Below, one piece after another: positions 1-11,964 of a stretch of DNA of 64,000 nucleotides; position 1 is the stretch's first letter, and every line of letters starts with the position of its first letter. The position numbers were made by a program, and so were the translations under genes. The stretch is from Lingula anatina (Eukaryota; Animalia; Brachiopoda), in contig CM120640.1 of the NCBI GenBank assembly GCA_051362555.1, positions 3,596,001 through 3,660,000 of the forward strand, in the 5' to 3' direction. The notes under the pieces are model-generated. The model worked only from the letters and a program-made list of their open reading frames with translations. It ran no database searches and was not told where the DNA came from.

Positions 1-1429
1 CGCCAAATTAAAGCTAGGAAATAGAGATGTTTTATTGCTTTTTTTAATTTTCTAAATCAGAACACCTTTACTCCATCCTGTGAACAATCCACAAAAATCT
101 GCTTATTTCTTCTGTCTTGAGGAAAGAAAGAATATAAGATATGACAAACTGTCTCCATTACTTTCATTTTTCAACTTTAAGAGAAAACATATATTCACAA
201 TGTTGAACAAGCAGGAGTCAAAATCATGGATTTTGTTCGCACAAAAATGTGTCTTTCCTGCGGAAAAAAGAGAAAAGATGGAGCTTTCTCTTTTATTTGT
301 AAAAAAAAAAAAGATTTTCATAATGGCTTAAAGTGGCACATTAAGTGGACATAGTTTCGTATCCAGTGTCTCTTGTGGTCCACCTTGGTCGCCACATGGC
401 ATGTGGTGTTTTCTAGGTCTCTTACCGACAACTATAGATACAACCACACAAGAAAGAGTTAGAATGACAAGGACCAAAATATAAATGCAGTAACCGCTGT
501 ATGGTAAACACGCCTTCCTCTGACGTATGAGGAATTTTACTTTCCATACATTCCATTTCATAAACTTTGTTTCCTCTTGTTTTATTGTCACATTTTCCAT
601 ATTCTTAAGGTAATTAAGACGTTACCCCTCTCCTTCCGACGCATCTTTTTAAATTACGATTTTAGATATGTCCAGAGCGCTTTGAAAAAAGAAAAATGAA
701 ACAGTATATATAATTATATATAACAATATATAACATAATTATTCACTTACACGTGATTTATTTGATCTTTGGATAACTTATTTACATATACAATTTTTTT
801 TTCTGAAAATATCAACCATCATATTGTGACAATCATTACATGGCAATTAGCTCATAATAAGTCATTTAACTCACTGGCCTTTATTTATTACAGACGCGTT
901 CATTCTGTTATCACAAAACGCATGACAAAACGCAGCTGTGCATCAAATTTGTCCTTAAGGTATTATAAATGGCAAAGAGATTCATTCGAGACTTAATGTT
1001 AAATCAAGCGGGATTTCTCGGGACTTGGAGGAGAGTGAGATCAGAAATAATGGCAAACTAGCGAGTACGGTCCGGTAACAAACGTAAGCTAAGAGAATCT
1101 ATCCACTGATATTTTTGGTTGTTTTCTCTCAGGTTCTGTCGAATAACAGTCTATTGCACAACTATACGAATCCATCATGTTTTGGCATCACTTTTATACT
1201 GCTTTCACACTTAACGCTTAAGAGTTAACCCAACCTCGTGCGGATTTTTCGCACATTTTCTGGTCACGTATGACGGCACGCAGTACCTAAATCCTCGGAT
1301 AATTTCCATTTTCATCAGCCATAACGTCTCTTCTCCGACGGGACGGTCAAGCCATTACAATAAAAAAAACACCAAGGAGAAAACATCTATTAAAGCCAGT
1401 TTATCATGGTGGACTGATACAGGCGGCTC

Positions 1430-2668
1430 TCAAACAAGAGAGTTCGGTTTAATAGCTGGTCTTTGCAATAATCTAGGTGATGACACCACGGGTAAAGCGT
1501 GGCGATGTTCTATTTGTTCTCGTTGTTTTAATACAGCCTTATCTTTCTTGACAAATTTGTTTTCAGAAGTCTGTCGTTCCGGAGCTGAGTGGAGCTGGCT
1601 GATGTCGGGCAGACTTTTGGCCATGTAACGCAAATCACTAAAATCATCTGTTGAGGCAAATGTTGGAATATGTCTGCCTTGCTCCATGAACCCAACATGC
1701 TTTTGGTTGTGTCCTTCTCCATGTTCACACTTATCTATTTTGTATCCACTACCTGTATCGGTACCCAACATATTTGAAAACACTTCTTGCTTTTTTGTCT
1801 GTGTGTCTATAATGTCTGTATTTGGTCTCTTAGAACCATTCGATTGCACCAGATTGCTTTTTGTTTCCTGACAACGGTCCCTCTCTTGCGCCAAGTCGCG
1901 CAGCGCCATCTGGAAGGGGCGGGACCCATGGGGCAGCGGGGGTCGACCAACACCAAAATTAACGGGAGAGAGAGCATTCAGGCAACGGTCGATGTAGGTA
2001 TCGGTGGAAAGGTTTGGCAAAGAACCGCCGATATTGGATTGTTTTAAAGTTCCGCCCGTCCAATTCTGACGTTTTGGCACAAACCCCGTTTTCCAAAGCT
2101 TCTCCGTACTTCCGAGAGGGGTCACGTGAGTTGAGCCCCCTGGAGAATCCCGGGGGGTGCTGCGAGGACTGGTCCGTGGGGTGCTGCGCGGCGTGCTTTT
2201 AGGGGACGCATCTGGTGATAACATAGGACTGTGCTGGGACGCTGGCAAGGCAGACACAACACGGCGTCTTGGGTGTGGTTCCATTTCCGGCACCGTCAAC
2301 AAATATCTGGGAGCGTTTTTACGCCGCAATATACGTGGTGAGAGTAGAGCACTCATTGGCATTGCTTTTATACCCTGCCTGCGTTTGCTTAAGTAGTCGT
2401 CCATGCACCCAAAACTCTTAGACCGTACCCTGTAGTCCTGCGTCTCCTCACCATCTTCCTCCTCTTCCTCTAAGACGGAGAAAAGGGTCGTTGGGGCCTG
2501 CAAAGTTGACTGTTTTATGGGAAAGTGTAAGACGCTGTCATGGTCAGATGTTCCCGCAACCGTCAACCCTATTCCTTCCTTAAGACGCTGCTGTAGCTTT
2601 TTGCCTCGATTACCTGAAAACTTAACTTGCCCCTTGTCATGTGCTTCAAACTGTCTGGAATTCTGCAT
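1430..2668 (-). CDS. Orphan 412-aa Ser/Pro/Arg-rich, probably disordered protein, coded in one large terminal exon
   Basis: 1.24-kb open frame that is more GC-rich than its flanks. A minus-strand polypyrimidine+AG acceptor at 2726-2725 opens the exon at 2724, with the frame open from there to the ATG at 2668. Contains SPxx/TPR repeats (SPDASPKSTPRSTPRTSPRSTPRDSP), GGSLPNL, KSLPDI and RSKSF motifs. No domain recognised. Confidence 0.7.
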   Translation of the reverse strand: MQNSRQFEAHDKGQVKFSGNRGKKLQQRLKEGIGLTVAGTSDHDSVLHFPIKQSTLQAPTTLFSVLEEEEEDGEETQDYRVRSKSFGCMDDYLSKRRQGIKAMPMSALLSPRILRRKNAPRYLLTVPEMEPHPRRRVVSALPASQHSPMLSPDASPKSTPRSTPRTSPRSTPRDSPGGSTHVTPLGSTEKLWKTGFVPKRQNWTGGTLKQSNIGGSLPNLSTDTYIDRCLNALSPVNFGVGRPPLPHGSRPFQMALRDLAQERDRCQETKSNLVQSNGSKRPNTDIIDTQTKKQEVFSNMLGTDTGSGYKIDKCEHGEGHNQKHVGFMEQGRHIPTFASTDDFSDLRYMAKSLPDISQLHSAPERQTSENKFVKKDKAVLKQREQIEHRHALPVVSSPRLLQRPAIKPNSLV

Positions 2669-2898
2669 CCTTCCCTTGTAGCTACCTTTTACGGCGCGAT
2701 AGGTTGGCGCGATATTAATATCACCTATAAAAGAAAAGAAGAAAACGATTACGATTATTGACTTTGGCTGAGGTCAATATATGGTGTTTTGCAGATCTCA
2801 GAATAGTGATATCGTACCGCACTCAAAGGCTATTTGACCCAGTATAGCACAACAAATGTGGAAAATCTGCTGCAATGTAGTGAACTGACCTGCCTAAT

Positions 2899-5526
2899 AA
2901 GGTCGCGCGTCAAGGTTATTTTCAGTTGCACCCTGGATTACGCACGCTTGCTCCGCAAGGTGTCGCCTGTGGTGGGGGGGCATCACAGCCCATATGGTTA
3001 CTGTGGCGAAGGTGACAGGTACTTCCAAACATTTTTTCATAACTTTCATTTTTCCTTATTCTATTCATGAATTTGATATTTACGGCAATTGAAAATGTGG
3101 CACCGGCAAAAGTGAATCTAGGTGCGTTGACAGGCCGCACAGGTGTCCCCAATTAACCGCCGACAGAGAAGAGACCCCAAACATTAAACAACACAACCTG
3201 TAGATATTGGAAATTTGGAGAAAGTTAAGCAACTGAGGCTTTATTAGATTTGGACAGAAATCGGGGGTAATGCCCAGTGACATGCCAAACCCCTAAGTTC
3301 AAGTCTTGGCCCTTGACACCTGTAACGCACCCCTTAGTCAAGAATCTGAACAAATCAATGTTGGGCAGGTACAGGGTATACTCTATTTTCTACAGGTGTT
3401 TTGTGATTTTATCAACTTGATTGTCAAGTGCCAGACCTTTTGTTCTCAGGTACTAGTAGCAAACTTTATCAGATAACAATCTGACACTAACCAAGCTGCA
3501 CTAACAGCGCTGTAAACCCAGTTATCAATGCTGTCATCTTTACCTGTATCTTTACCGGTATTATGCCAGTGGTACGTTTGATACATTTGAGTAAGGAAAT
3601 ACGCTTTTATGCTTACATTCATTTGTAATACGTTAGCATTAACCTGTTAATAAAAACTTGGAAACTTTCAATGTTATTACACAATAACAGTATATAATGA
3701 TGGGAGATGTTATGATTAAATGCTTAGAAGAATAATAAAAACAAATTATGTGAAATATAAAATGAATTGATTTTATTTGGGTTATTTATTTATTTATTTC
3801 AAACCATTTAATTATCAAACATGAAGCTTATTTTAAGAAACATTCGCAGATATATGAAATATAACCCTGCTGGTACACAGATCTACAGTTCTAAAATGCA
3901 AATACCAAGTACCTTTCACACACCACTCATGAGATGTGAATAATCATATGTATAAAGTAGTAAAAATATCACAAAATGTGTGTAAGCAAGATATTTCTAC
4001 AAGTAACCTCATTAATCAGTCAGGAAACTTCATAATGCGCCCAATAAATGTAGAAATTTGAGCCAGAGAAATTCTACATACAGGCATGACAGATTTACCA
4101 TATATTGCCATCAACCCTTAACTGAATGGGCATAGAAAGAACAAAGTGAGTCTCCCTCCCATTAAAAATGAGAAATAAAAATAAATAAATAAATAACAGA
4201 TACTGTCATTCTTAATACTGAAAAACAATGGCACCTTGCAGCCTTCACTGCCTCACTATTTGCAGACAATGTTCTAGTCACTGTAACTGTGTACTTTTGA
4301 TGAGGCATAGATGCTAGAATAACTTCTTTGAAGTATATTTTGAAGGTCTCTTTTGTCATAAATCTGCCACGTATAACCTGAATGTACAATACATATTGCG
4401 ATTCACACCACAGCAGCTTGTCTTAGTAAGGACTCAACCAGTTTGAAAACTTGTGGCATAGCTTCAGGACAAGATCACACCATCGATCCTTGCTGTGATG
4501 ATGGATCTACTAGTACATTATCTATGTCTTGTCCTCCTAGTTTCTCTAATACCATTTCCCCTGATCTATGCTCACATCAATCTCTACAGCTTTACCAACT
4601 GCTACACAGTTTTTACATCCGAAAGTATAAAGCAAAAATTGTAATAAAGCACTATCAATTTACTTGTTAGATATTGAATCGAGGGCAAGAGAAAAATGCA
4701 GAAACCTCATATCATAATCAAGATAATTGAAAATCAAATATGCATAATCAAATTAATAGCTTTAATTGTACATACTACTGATGATTTAATCTTTTAAACT
4801 TCAGCATAAATTTCATTTGTTAAAGCATAGACACTTTATTAAAATGTGCTTGAACAAATAATAATAATAATAATAAACAACCTGCACACAAGATGGAACA
4901 TGGAGGTCAATTGCCACAAAATAAGTTGATTTGTACTTGGTAGCCTGAGAAATAGTATCAGGTATTAATTTGAGCAGTAAATTGAGTAATAATACCACAG
5001 AGTTAACAATGACACAAGCATATGGTGTTGTGTAACAAAATTCATGCATTACTTGCTGTGGCAGTGTCCTCTTCAACCTATCGTGCACCGCAGGTTTTGA
5101 TTTTCAATGTCATCAAAAATGTTTATTGTTGTTAGTTTGATTTACGTATCTTCTATTCAAATAATATCGTTTGGAAAATAACTAACTGATTTAATTATGC
5201 TTTTGCAACATGAAATCATCATTAACTTTGCCGGTTCACGTGTATACAGTACCTTGCTATCAGTGCTGCTCTTTTCTCCCTAACTCGTCACTGACAGGCT
5301 AACCACATCGTTTCAAAACAACGTTGGTATGCTCCTTTACTTTTGGTGTTGGCAGTTTCGCCCCGGGGACATCGTTTTTGGTTAAAAACAACGTATCGTT
5401 TTCACCCATCTATACATTGCTCCTGTACAAAATGGCCGCTCGCTGCCCCCCCCCCCCCCCCCAAGGGAAAAATCGTAGCACGTGGGTAGTTACGCAAGAC
5501 CTGTGACGTATAACGCGCGCAAGGTT
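2899..5526. mobile_element. Non-autonomous ISL2EU-like (PHIS group) DNA transposon, copy 1
   Basis: Matches 14693-17324 throughout apart from poly-C length (17 vs 21). Termini AAGG...GGTT are flanked by AT on both sides. Carries a decayed SAP+SWIM ORF on the minus strand and a possible THAP remnant (CGTGKSESRCVDRPH, 3096-3140) on the plus strand. Confidence 0.8.
4230..5409 (-). pseudogene. Decayed transposon accessory protein (SAP domain + SWIM zinc-finger region, YqaJ-type ORF); also present in copy 2 at +11794
   Basis: ATG at 5409 gives MGENDTLFLTKNDVPGAKLPTPKVKEHTNVVLKR, then after a frameshift WLACQ*RVREKRAALIAR with a GT donor at 5252. A downstream segment reads CKNCVAVGKAVEIDVSIDQGKWY*, then YFKEVILASMPHQKYTVTV..LSANSEAVKAARCHC (CxC start of a SWIM). 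Stops and frameshifts are present. Confidence 0.65.
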
Positions 5527-6480
5527 ATTTCTGTCCACTGGAGCAGCAATTAGCCATTGGAGAAAACGGGATTTAAAAACTTGTAGTATAACTATCGTAT
5601 AACAGCTTGTCTTCTCCCGGTTAATATTAAAGAAGTTTGTTTTTCACGGTAGCGTTCTGACCTTACACCAGCTCCAATTTAATCGCAATTTGTTCGAGAA
5701 CAAAAGTGAGGATCGTTTACTTTAAACTCCTTGCCATATTGGAGATATTTTGCCAGGTGATTGATGTGATTGCACTCTAAAAATCAGCCGTGAACAGCAC
5801 CGCCTCGGTTAAGGATTCGAAGTACGTTGAGCGGAGCATAAATATAAAGATGGCGTTCACCATAGAACACTTCATTGGGTCCCTTGGCCTTGTGACATTA
5901 AACGCTATTGACGACTAATTTCTAATGCGTATCCTGTCTTATTTTGAAAGTCGGTATGCAGTAATAATCCGTTGAAGTATTTTACTGATTTTAATATTGA
6001 GAGCAAATAAAGCTACCAAACAAAGGCATCGATCTTTTTCATTCTCCCCTGTATGGAAACATGGCCGGCTGTTTAGTTGCTGAGTTTTGTCAATATCGGA
6101 AATAATTGCCGTATTTGACCCCAGGTTAAAAAAGTGCCCCTGCCTCTCTCATCGGTTTCAATTAGTAGACAAGTACTCAAAAGTGGCGGTGGAGGTGTTT
6201 ACCCTATCGATATTTTGTAAGCACCTTCGTCTCAATCAGGTGATTCGACACGGACGCTTGAATCGGGTTTACTAGTGCAGCAGACAAGTCAGTGTTCTGT
6301 CCTATCGTTTGTCTGCTCTGCCCTTGAAGACAATATCGTCATCCGACGGAATGCGACCGGCGGGTAAATTGAGATGAAAAGCAAAGAAACATATAATACC
6401 AAGCTGCTCTGTAACCACTGGTAGGTTTCTAGCCTGCTTTTGGGTATTTATGAATAAAAAAAAACGAATAAATAAAGTAA

Positions 6481-6738
6481 GGACTCATTCCCACTTAAAT
6501 CATCGTTCTATACATAGACCAATCTATCTTCGCGGGAACTCTCGCAGAATCCAATCAGATTAACAGATTAACGCTCCTACTCCTAGCGCTGAGCAGACTA
6601 CAGAACTGTTGGTGATTATATGAGTACATTGGAAACAATAGGAGGAGTGTTAATCTGTTTATCTGATTGCATTCAGCGAGAGTCTCTGCGGAGTTGGATC
6701 GATCTACGTAGAATGATAGTTTCATTGGGAATGAGCCC
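6481..6738. mobile_element. Palindromic MITE (Tourist/PIF-Harbinger-like)
   Basis: TIRs GGACTCATTCCCA / TGGGAATGAGCCC with long internal inverted complementarity. A related copy lies at 51084-51320. Confidence 0.75.
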
Positions 6739-8378
6739 TCTTAAGTGTTAGCATGATACTACTATGTAAACAGTGAAATACATTTATATTAGCTGTATTT
6801 TTTAAACACATACCTCAAGTACATAGGGAAAAGGATAAATTCCGCCGGTCAAGGGTAAATGTTTCAAGTGAATGGTTTACACTGGTGTGCGAGTTTCTTT
6901 TAACACTATCAATCTCTCGCTGTAATGATATATGTCAGACTTCGAAGTACAAAAGTCGTTTTTACATTTTTCTGGTGTCATAAGTCCCGGGCATAAGTCA
7001 CAAAAAAGAGGTCTGCCGTTATTGTTTATACCAGCTAACTCATGTTGCGCACTCACTGCGTTTTATACGATCCGATTGAGTGATAGAAAGCAATGAATTT
7101 AGATATGTCTTGTCATTCAATTCTGCCCCGAGGGCAGTTCAAATACCAGCACCGCGTCCAGCTAAACGAACAATTTAACCCTCACTTAAATGTCACTTAG
7201 TAGTAGTTCTTTTAACAATTGGAAATGTTTAATCATAGTGCGTGTAAACACACAGATTCGTCATAACCTACGTGTGTGATATGGCTATATCTCAATTTTA
7301 CTGTTATTGGAACGTTGCAAAGGATGCCCAATAAACAGTCCGATGTATTTTCTTAGGATCTAGATGCTAAATGTCTCAACTTATCACTGAAGGCAAAATC
7401 GCAGTACAGTTGCTTACCTTAATTCAGTAAAAAAAGCTCTTTTCTCTCCCTCTCTGTAACCCTGTAGTTACACTAGCTCTGAACGTTACATATTGTTACA
7501 GCCTCTCCTCAGATTGTCTATTCCTGAGGCCGTAGCTCATTCACTAGGCTCTGTCGTTTGCAGCCAGTATTTGTATTGTTGTCCCAAGCGAAATCAGTGA
7601 CATTTGGAAGCTATTGACTGGACCCAGAGAATGATAAGAGCTTATGAGCAGTTCGGCTCAGGGGATTGCTCCTATCTGAATAGGGTTGGCTCCGCTGTAG
7701 ATACTGCTGCATTCAAATCTCAAGCAGTCCTTTATAACGTTAATTTTTACTCACGGGATTTCGCCAGTCGTCGTAAAATCCTGGGTTTTATAGACTGAGC
7801 ACAAAGAAGTAATTGTAAAAACATCTATGATATTCAAAATAGATTGTGGAATTGTCCGATTTTTGTCAACCTTTCGAACCCGCTTTACATTTTATGTAAG
7901 GTTTGGCAAGCTCTTCCATTGAGGTTTTCCGTGAAAAAACACACTACACTGATTGTGACGTGGTGCATCTAATACAATGGGGGATCAACTGACACATTTG
8001 GAGAGAGAGAGAGAGGCCTACATTTTTATCCTTAAATCATGTGCCTATACTAATTATATCGTCATATATGGCAAATTAATATAAAAATAAAATCAACATG
8101 AAAAGGACATAAAAATTCTAGAAATACATTTGTGTAAAATTTCTTACAATATATCATATAATTTTCTAAATATGAAGAAAAACTTTAAGAAAAAACGAAT
8201 TAAATTGGAAACTGAGGTTCCGTGTACATTCATACAGATCAGGGTAAGGGTGACGTAATTGGGTCAAAGTATAGAACGGGGTTTGCCTGTACAAAGTACT
8301 GAGAATAATGACGTTACACATTTGAAAAAAAGATATATTTTAACTGGTAGTGTAGAAGATGGCAGACTGCTGATTGTG

Positions 8379-10267
8379 AATGGGATATTCTCTCGTTTTT
8401 TCAAAATAGGAAGAGGGTGTCGACAGGGTGACCCTGCATCCCCATATATATTTAATTTATGCGCAGAAATAATAGGCATTTTTATAAGACAGGAAAAAAC
8501 ATTAGAAGAATTGGTGTAGAAGAGAAGAGATAAAATTATTACAATATGCCCATGATACAGTGGTATTTTTAGACGGCTCAGAGAAATCGCTAAAAAGTGC
8601 TTTAGACCTTTTGTTCCAATTTTCCAAATATTCCGGGTTAAAACCAAATATTTCCAAAAGAAAAGCAGTATGGATTGGCTGAAAAATGAATAGTAAGGAA
8701 GTCTTGTGTAGAAATGAAAAATTAGACTGGACAAATGAACCTGTATCTGTTCTAGGTTTTACCTTTACAGCTGAACTTGATTGTATAGAAGAACGCAATT
8801 ATAACATTAAGTTGGCTGTCATTAAAAAAGAGATTAATAACTGGTCAAAAAGGTGTCTATCCACCCTGGGAAAAATAAAGGTGGTTAAATCACTATTGAT
8901 ACCAAAGTTTACTCATCTGTTCACGTCACTACCAGGTCCCAGTGCCCAATGGATAAAAGAGTTTAACTCTATTCTTTTCAAATTCATTTGGGAAAAATGA
9001 TAGGGTATCAATAAAGACAATTATTCAAGACTTCGAAAATGGGGGCTGTAGAATGGTGCATTTGGAATCATATATTAAAGCTTTAAAATTAACTTGGATT
9101 CGCAGATTACTATCGAATACTAACCAATACGGAAGGATTTTTACCGAAATTACAAGCTGTGACATGACGTCGCTCTGTCAGTTCGGGCCTGTATATGCGA
9201 AACAATGCCGGGAAACCACGACAAATTTATTTTGGAAAGAATTATTTTTATATTACTCACAGTATGCTAGCGTAATACAGGAAAATGACCCACAAGATTT
9301 TCTGGAGGCTCCATTGTGGTATAGTCCGAGTATTTTGATCTAAAACAAGGCCGTATTCTTAAAACCATTATATGAGAAGGGCTTCCGGGTGGTGCTCGAC
9401 TTGCTTGATTCAAACGGCAACGTGCTTTCATATAGAGAAATCACGGATGCATACAAAATACGCCTTCCATTTACAAAATATTTTGGCCTAAGAAATGCTA
9501 TCTATAATGCATTTCCCAATTTAAAAGGAATAACAGTTACACAGAAAACTTATAACCTGAAAATACCCAAACCGCTTATGATTATATGGAAAAACAAAAA
9601 AGGCTATTAAGCGATTTATGATACGTTTATTAAAAAAACTGTACGAAACCCCTAAAACTGAAATAAAATGGGAAAGGTTCTTTAATAAAGTAATAACATG
9701 GAATCTTAGCTACAATCGTCTCCTGACAGATATAAAAGAATCCAAACTCAGATGGTTTAAATTTTAATGTATTCATAGAATTCTAGGGACAAAACTCTTA
9801 CTGTTCAAATATAAAATAGTTGATAATCCTCATTGCAATTTATGTAGCACAAGGATGGAAACAATTGAACATCTATTCGTTGATTGTGATCTCGCAAAAA
9901 ACTTGTGGAAGCAAATCAAAAACTGGTTTAGGGAAGAAAAGGGAGCCAATATTCATATTTCTGCATCGGATATTATTCTTGGAAACAATGATGAGAAATT
10001 GAATTTATTAATTTCCCAGGTAAAATATTACATTTACAGTAAATCAAAAAATGGGGGACATCTGTCCTTCAGGGACATCGAATGCTATCTGTGTTAGAAA
10101 AAATGCTGTGCTTATCAAAATATCATATTTATTAATGAAAATGATGAGCCATCAGTAGTAGTTATGTGTGTATGTATGTGTGAGTGTGAGAGAGAAGTAA
10201 GCGAGGGGTAACAAAGAAGTATTGTATACTGTAGTATACATTTCTTAAGTTAAATAAAAAAAAAGAA
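8379..10267 (+). mobile_element. 5'-truncated, decayed L1/Tx1-clade non-LTR retrotransposon
   Basis: RT motifs RGCRQGDPASPYIF, QYAHDT and FSKYSGLKPN, plus a C-terminal zf-RVT (C..C..ETIEHLFVDC), with several stops and frameshifts. A-rich tail; 15-bp TSD AGACTGCTGATTGTG at 8364-8378 and 10268-10282. The empty site survives in unit B at 19466-19480. Confidence 0.93.
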
Positions 10268-10569
10268 AGACTGCTGATTGTGTTACATTGATGGAGTGCG
10301 GCTGCAGCATTGTATATATTGACATTATTGTGTCGAATTCCGTGGACCAGCTAGCACATTAAAAAATCTCTTCGGGTGCCGTGCGACACTTGCAATTTGC
10401 CGAGTTTTAAAATATTCAAAGTTTCTCTTAGTTCTAGGTTGATTGCTGTTGTGGAATAGCGTATATTTGTAATGGTTTATGAGAACTCTCATCAGTTTCT
10501 GCTGTCTGTTTCTTCTTTTCCCATTCAAAAAGAAAGGCAGACGATGTCAACTGTTTAACCTTTGCTGCT

Positions 10570-10785
10570 TTATTTGACACTGCAGTCATATAACGTGGTG
10601 CTTCTGAATATAGCCTTTTTTAACTTCAGGAGGTACATATTCACTATCACATACATCCCTGTTGGACTATGTCTTTCATAGGCTCTACATGGAATCATTT
10701 CCTCAGTTTTGTATGTAAGTTTCTCTGTATTTTTTGTTGTATTTATTATGGTCTCAGTTGCCTTTGTGGTAACGTCTAAGTCCAT
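10570..10785 (-). pseudogene. Frameshifted counterpart of the unidentified 96-aa ORF at 19902-20192
   Basis: Nucleotide similarity to 19990-20242, with frame-breaking indels relative to it. Product unknown. Confidence 0.25.
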
Positions 10786-11964
10786 CTACTAGCCAGTCAA
10801 AAGATCACAAATTTCTTTCACCTGTTTTCCTCTTTTTTATTTTTTATTTATTTTTTATTTTTATTTATTTTTATTTATTTTGCTCCTTCTTTGGCCTCTT
10901 TTGCCTCAAATTATTAGCTTTACTTTGCCTGCTATATTTTCTATTTTAGTCACGATCAACTTAAAACTGGTAACACGAAGTACTTGGATTTCAAATGATG
11001 CATATTTTCCTTGAAATATTCTGTAAAAAGAAATCGTAAAAGCAAGTAGCAATTTATTTCGAGTAATAAATTAGAATTTTAATTTGTATTAAGGGGGGCG
11101 GGGCTGGGGGCTTAATTTTTCAATCAGTCCGGAAGGAGGTCACGAAAAAATATATGAATGTTATCACAGGGGGGTCTCGAATTTTTTGTCATACGGGCAT
11201 TTTTCCTCCCCCCCCCCCCCCCCCCAACCCCTCCGACTTAAATATTGACCGGTGCCTAAATGACTGAGTGTAAAAGAAAGCTGAAAACAACTTTTCGATT
11301 AGGCAAAAAAAACTAGCCTATTTTGGGTTATTCATAAAGATTAATTGATTAATTAATTAATTCATTAATTTAGTTGTCAAAAGATAACCCACCCACAAAA
11401 TAATTTTTTAGTTGATTTCAAAATTCATTTTGGCTAAAAATAGCCCTAAATGGAAAAAAAGTTACTCATAACTTTTGTCACTTGTTTTTGTCAAGATGGC
11501 TGTGCGTAGAGTGATACCCAAGGCCAGAAATAATTAGGCCCTACATAACCTTTTTACGCAAAAAAAAAACAAAGAAGTGCCTAAAATTACCCCCGTCACC
11601 AGCCAATAATGTTGAATCGCGGCTGCTAGTAATAAAAGGGAGAAGCAATCCGTTCGAAGGATCAGTGTTTTCCCTGATAAATTGTCATGTTCACCGCCGA
11701 ACTTATGTTGCTGGCACATCTTTATCTCTGAGTTCGGGTTTGTCACGTTGCACGCTATCTATAGCAGACTATTGATAAACTTACTGTTTATTTTGTTGCT
11801 GTGACAGCGTCGATTACAGGTTGTAGGAAGTTTTAGGTGGGATAAAGTATTTTCACATTCATCCTTCCAAGTCAGAATCGAACTTACACTTGTTGAGCTG
11901 ACAACATTTGATTTTTGGTTTTTGAAAGAATAAGTTGAATAAGGAAACGCCCTTAAATATTACA

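Noticed and set aside
8259-10097. Several ORF-track entries as separate host genes
   Set aside because: They are consecutive fragments of one broken LINE ORF2; the first ORF's N-terminus is just flanking DNA.
11090-11260. GGGCATTTTTCC kB-like site and G/C runs upstream of the RHIM-like genes
   Set aside because: It lies in what appears to be an old MITE fragment (ending GACCGGTGCCTA) and fits the consensus poorly, so it was not counted as regulatory evidence.
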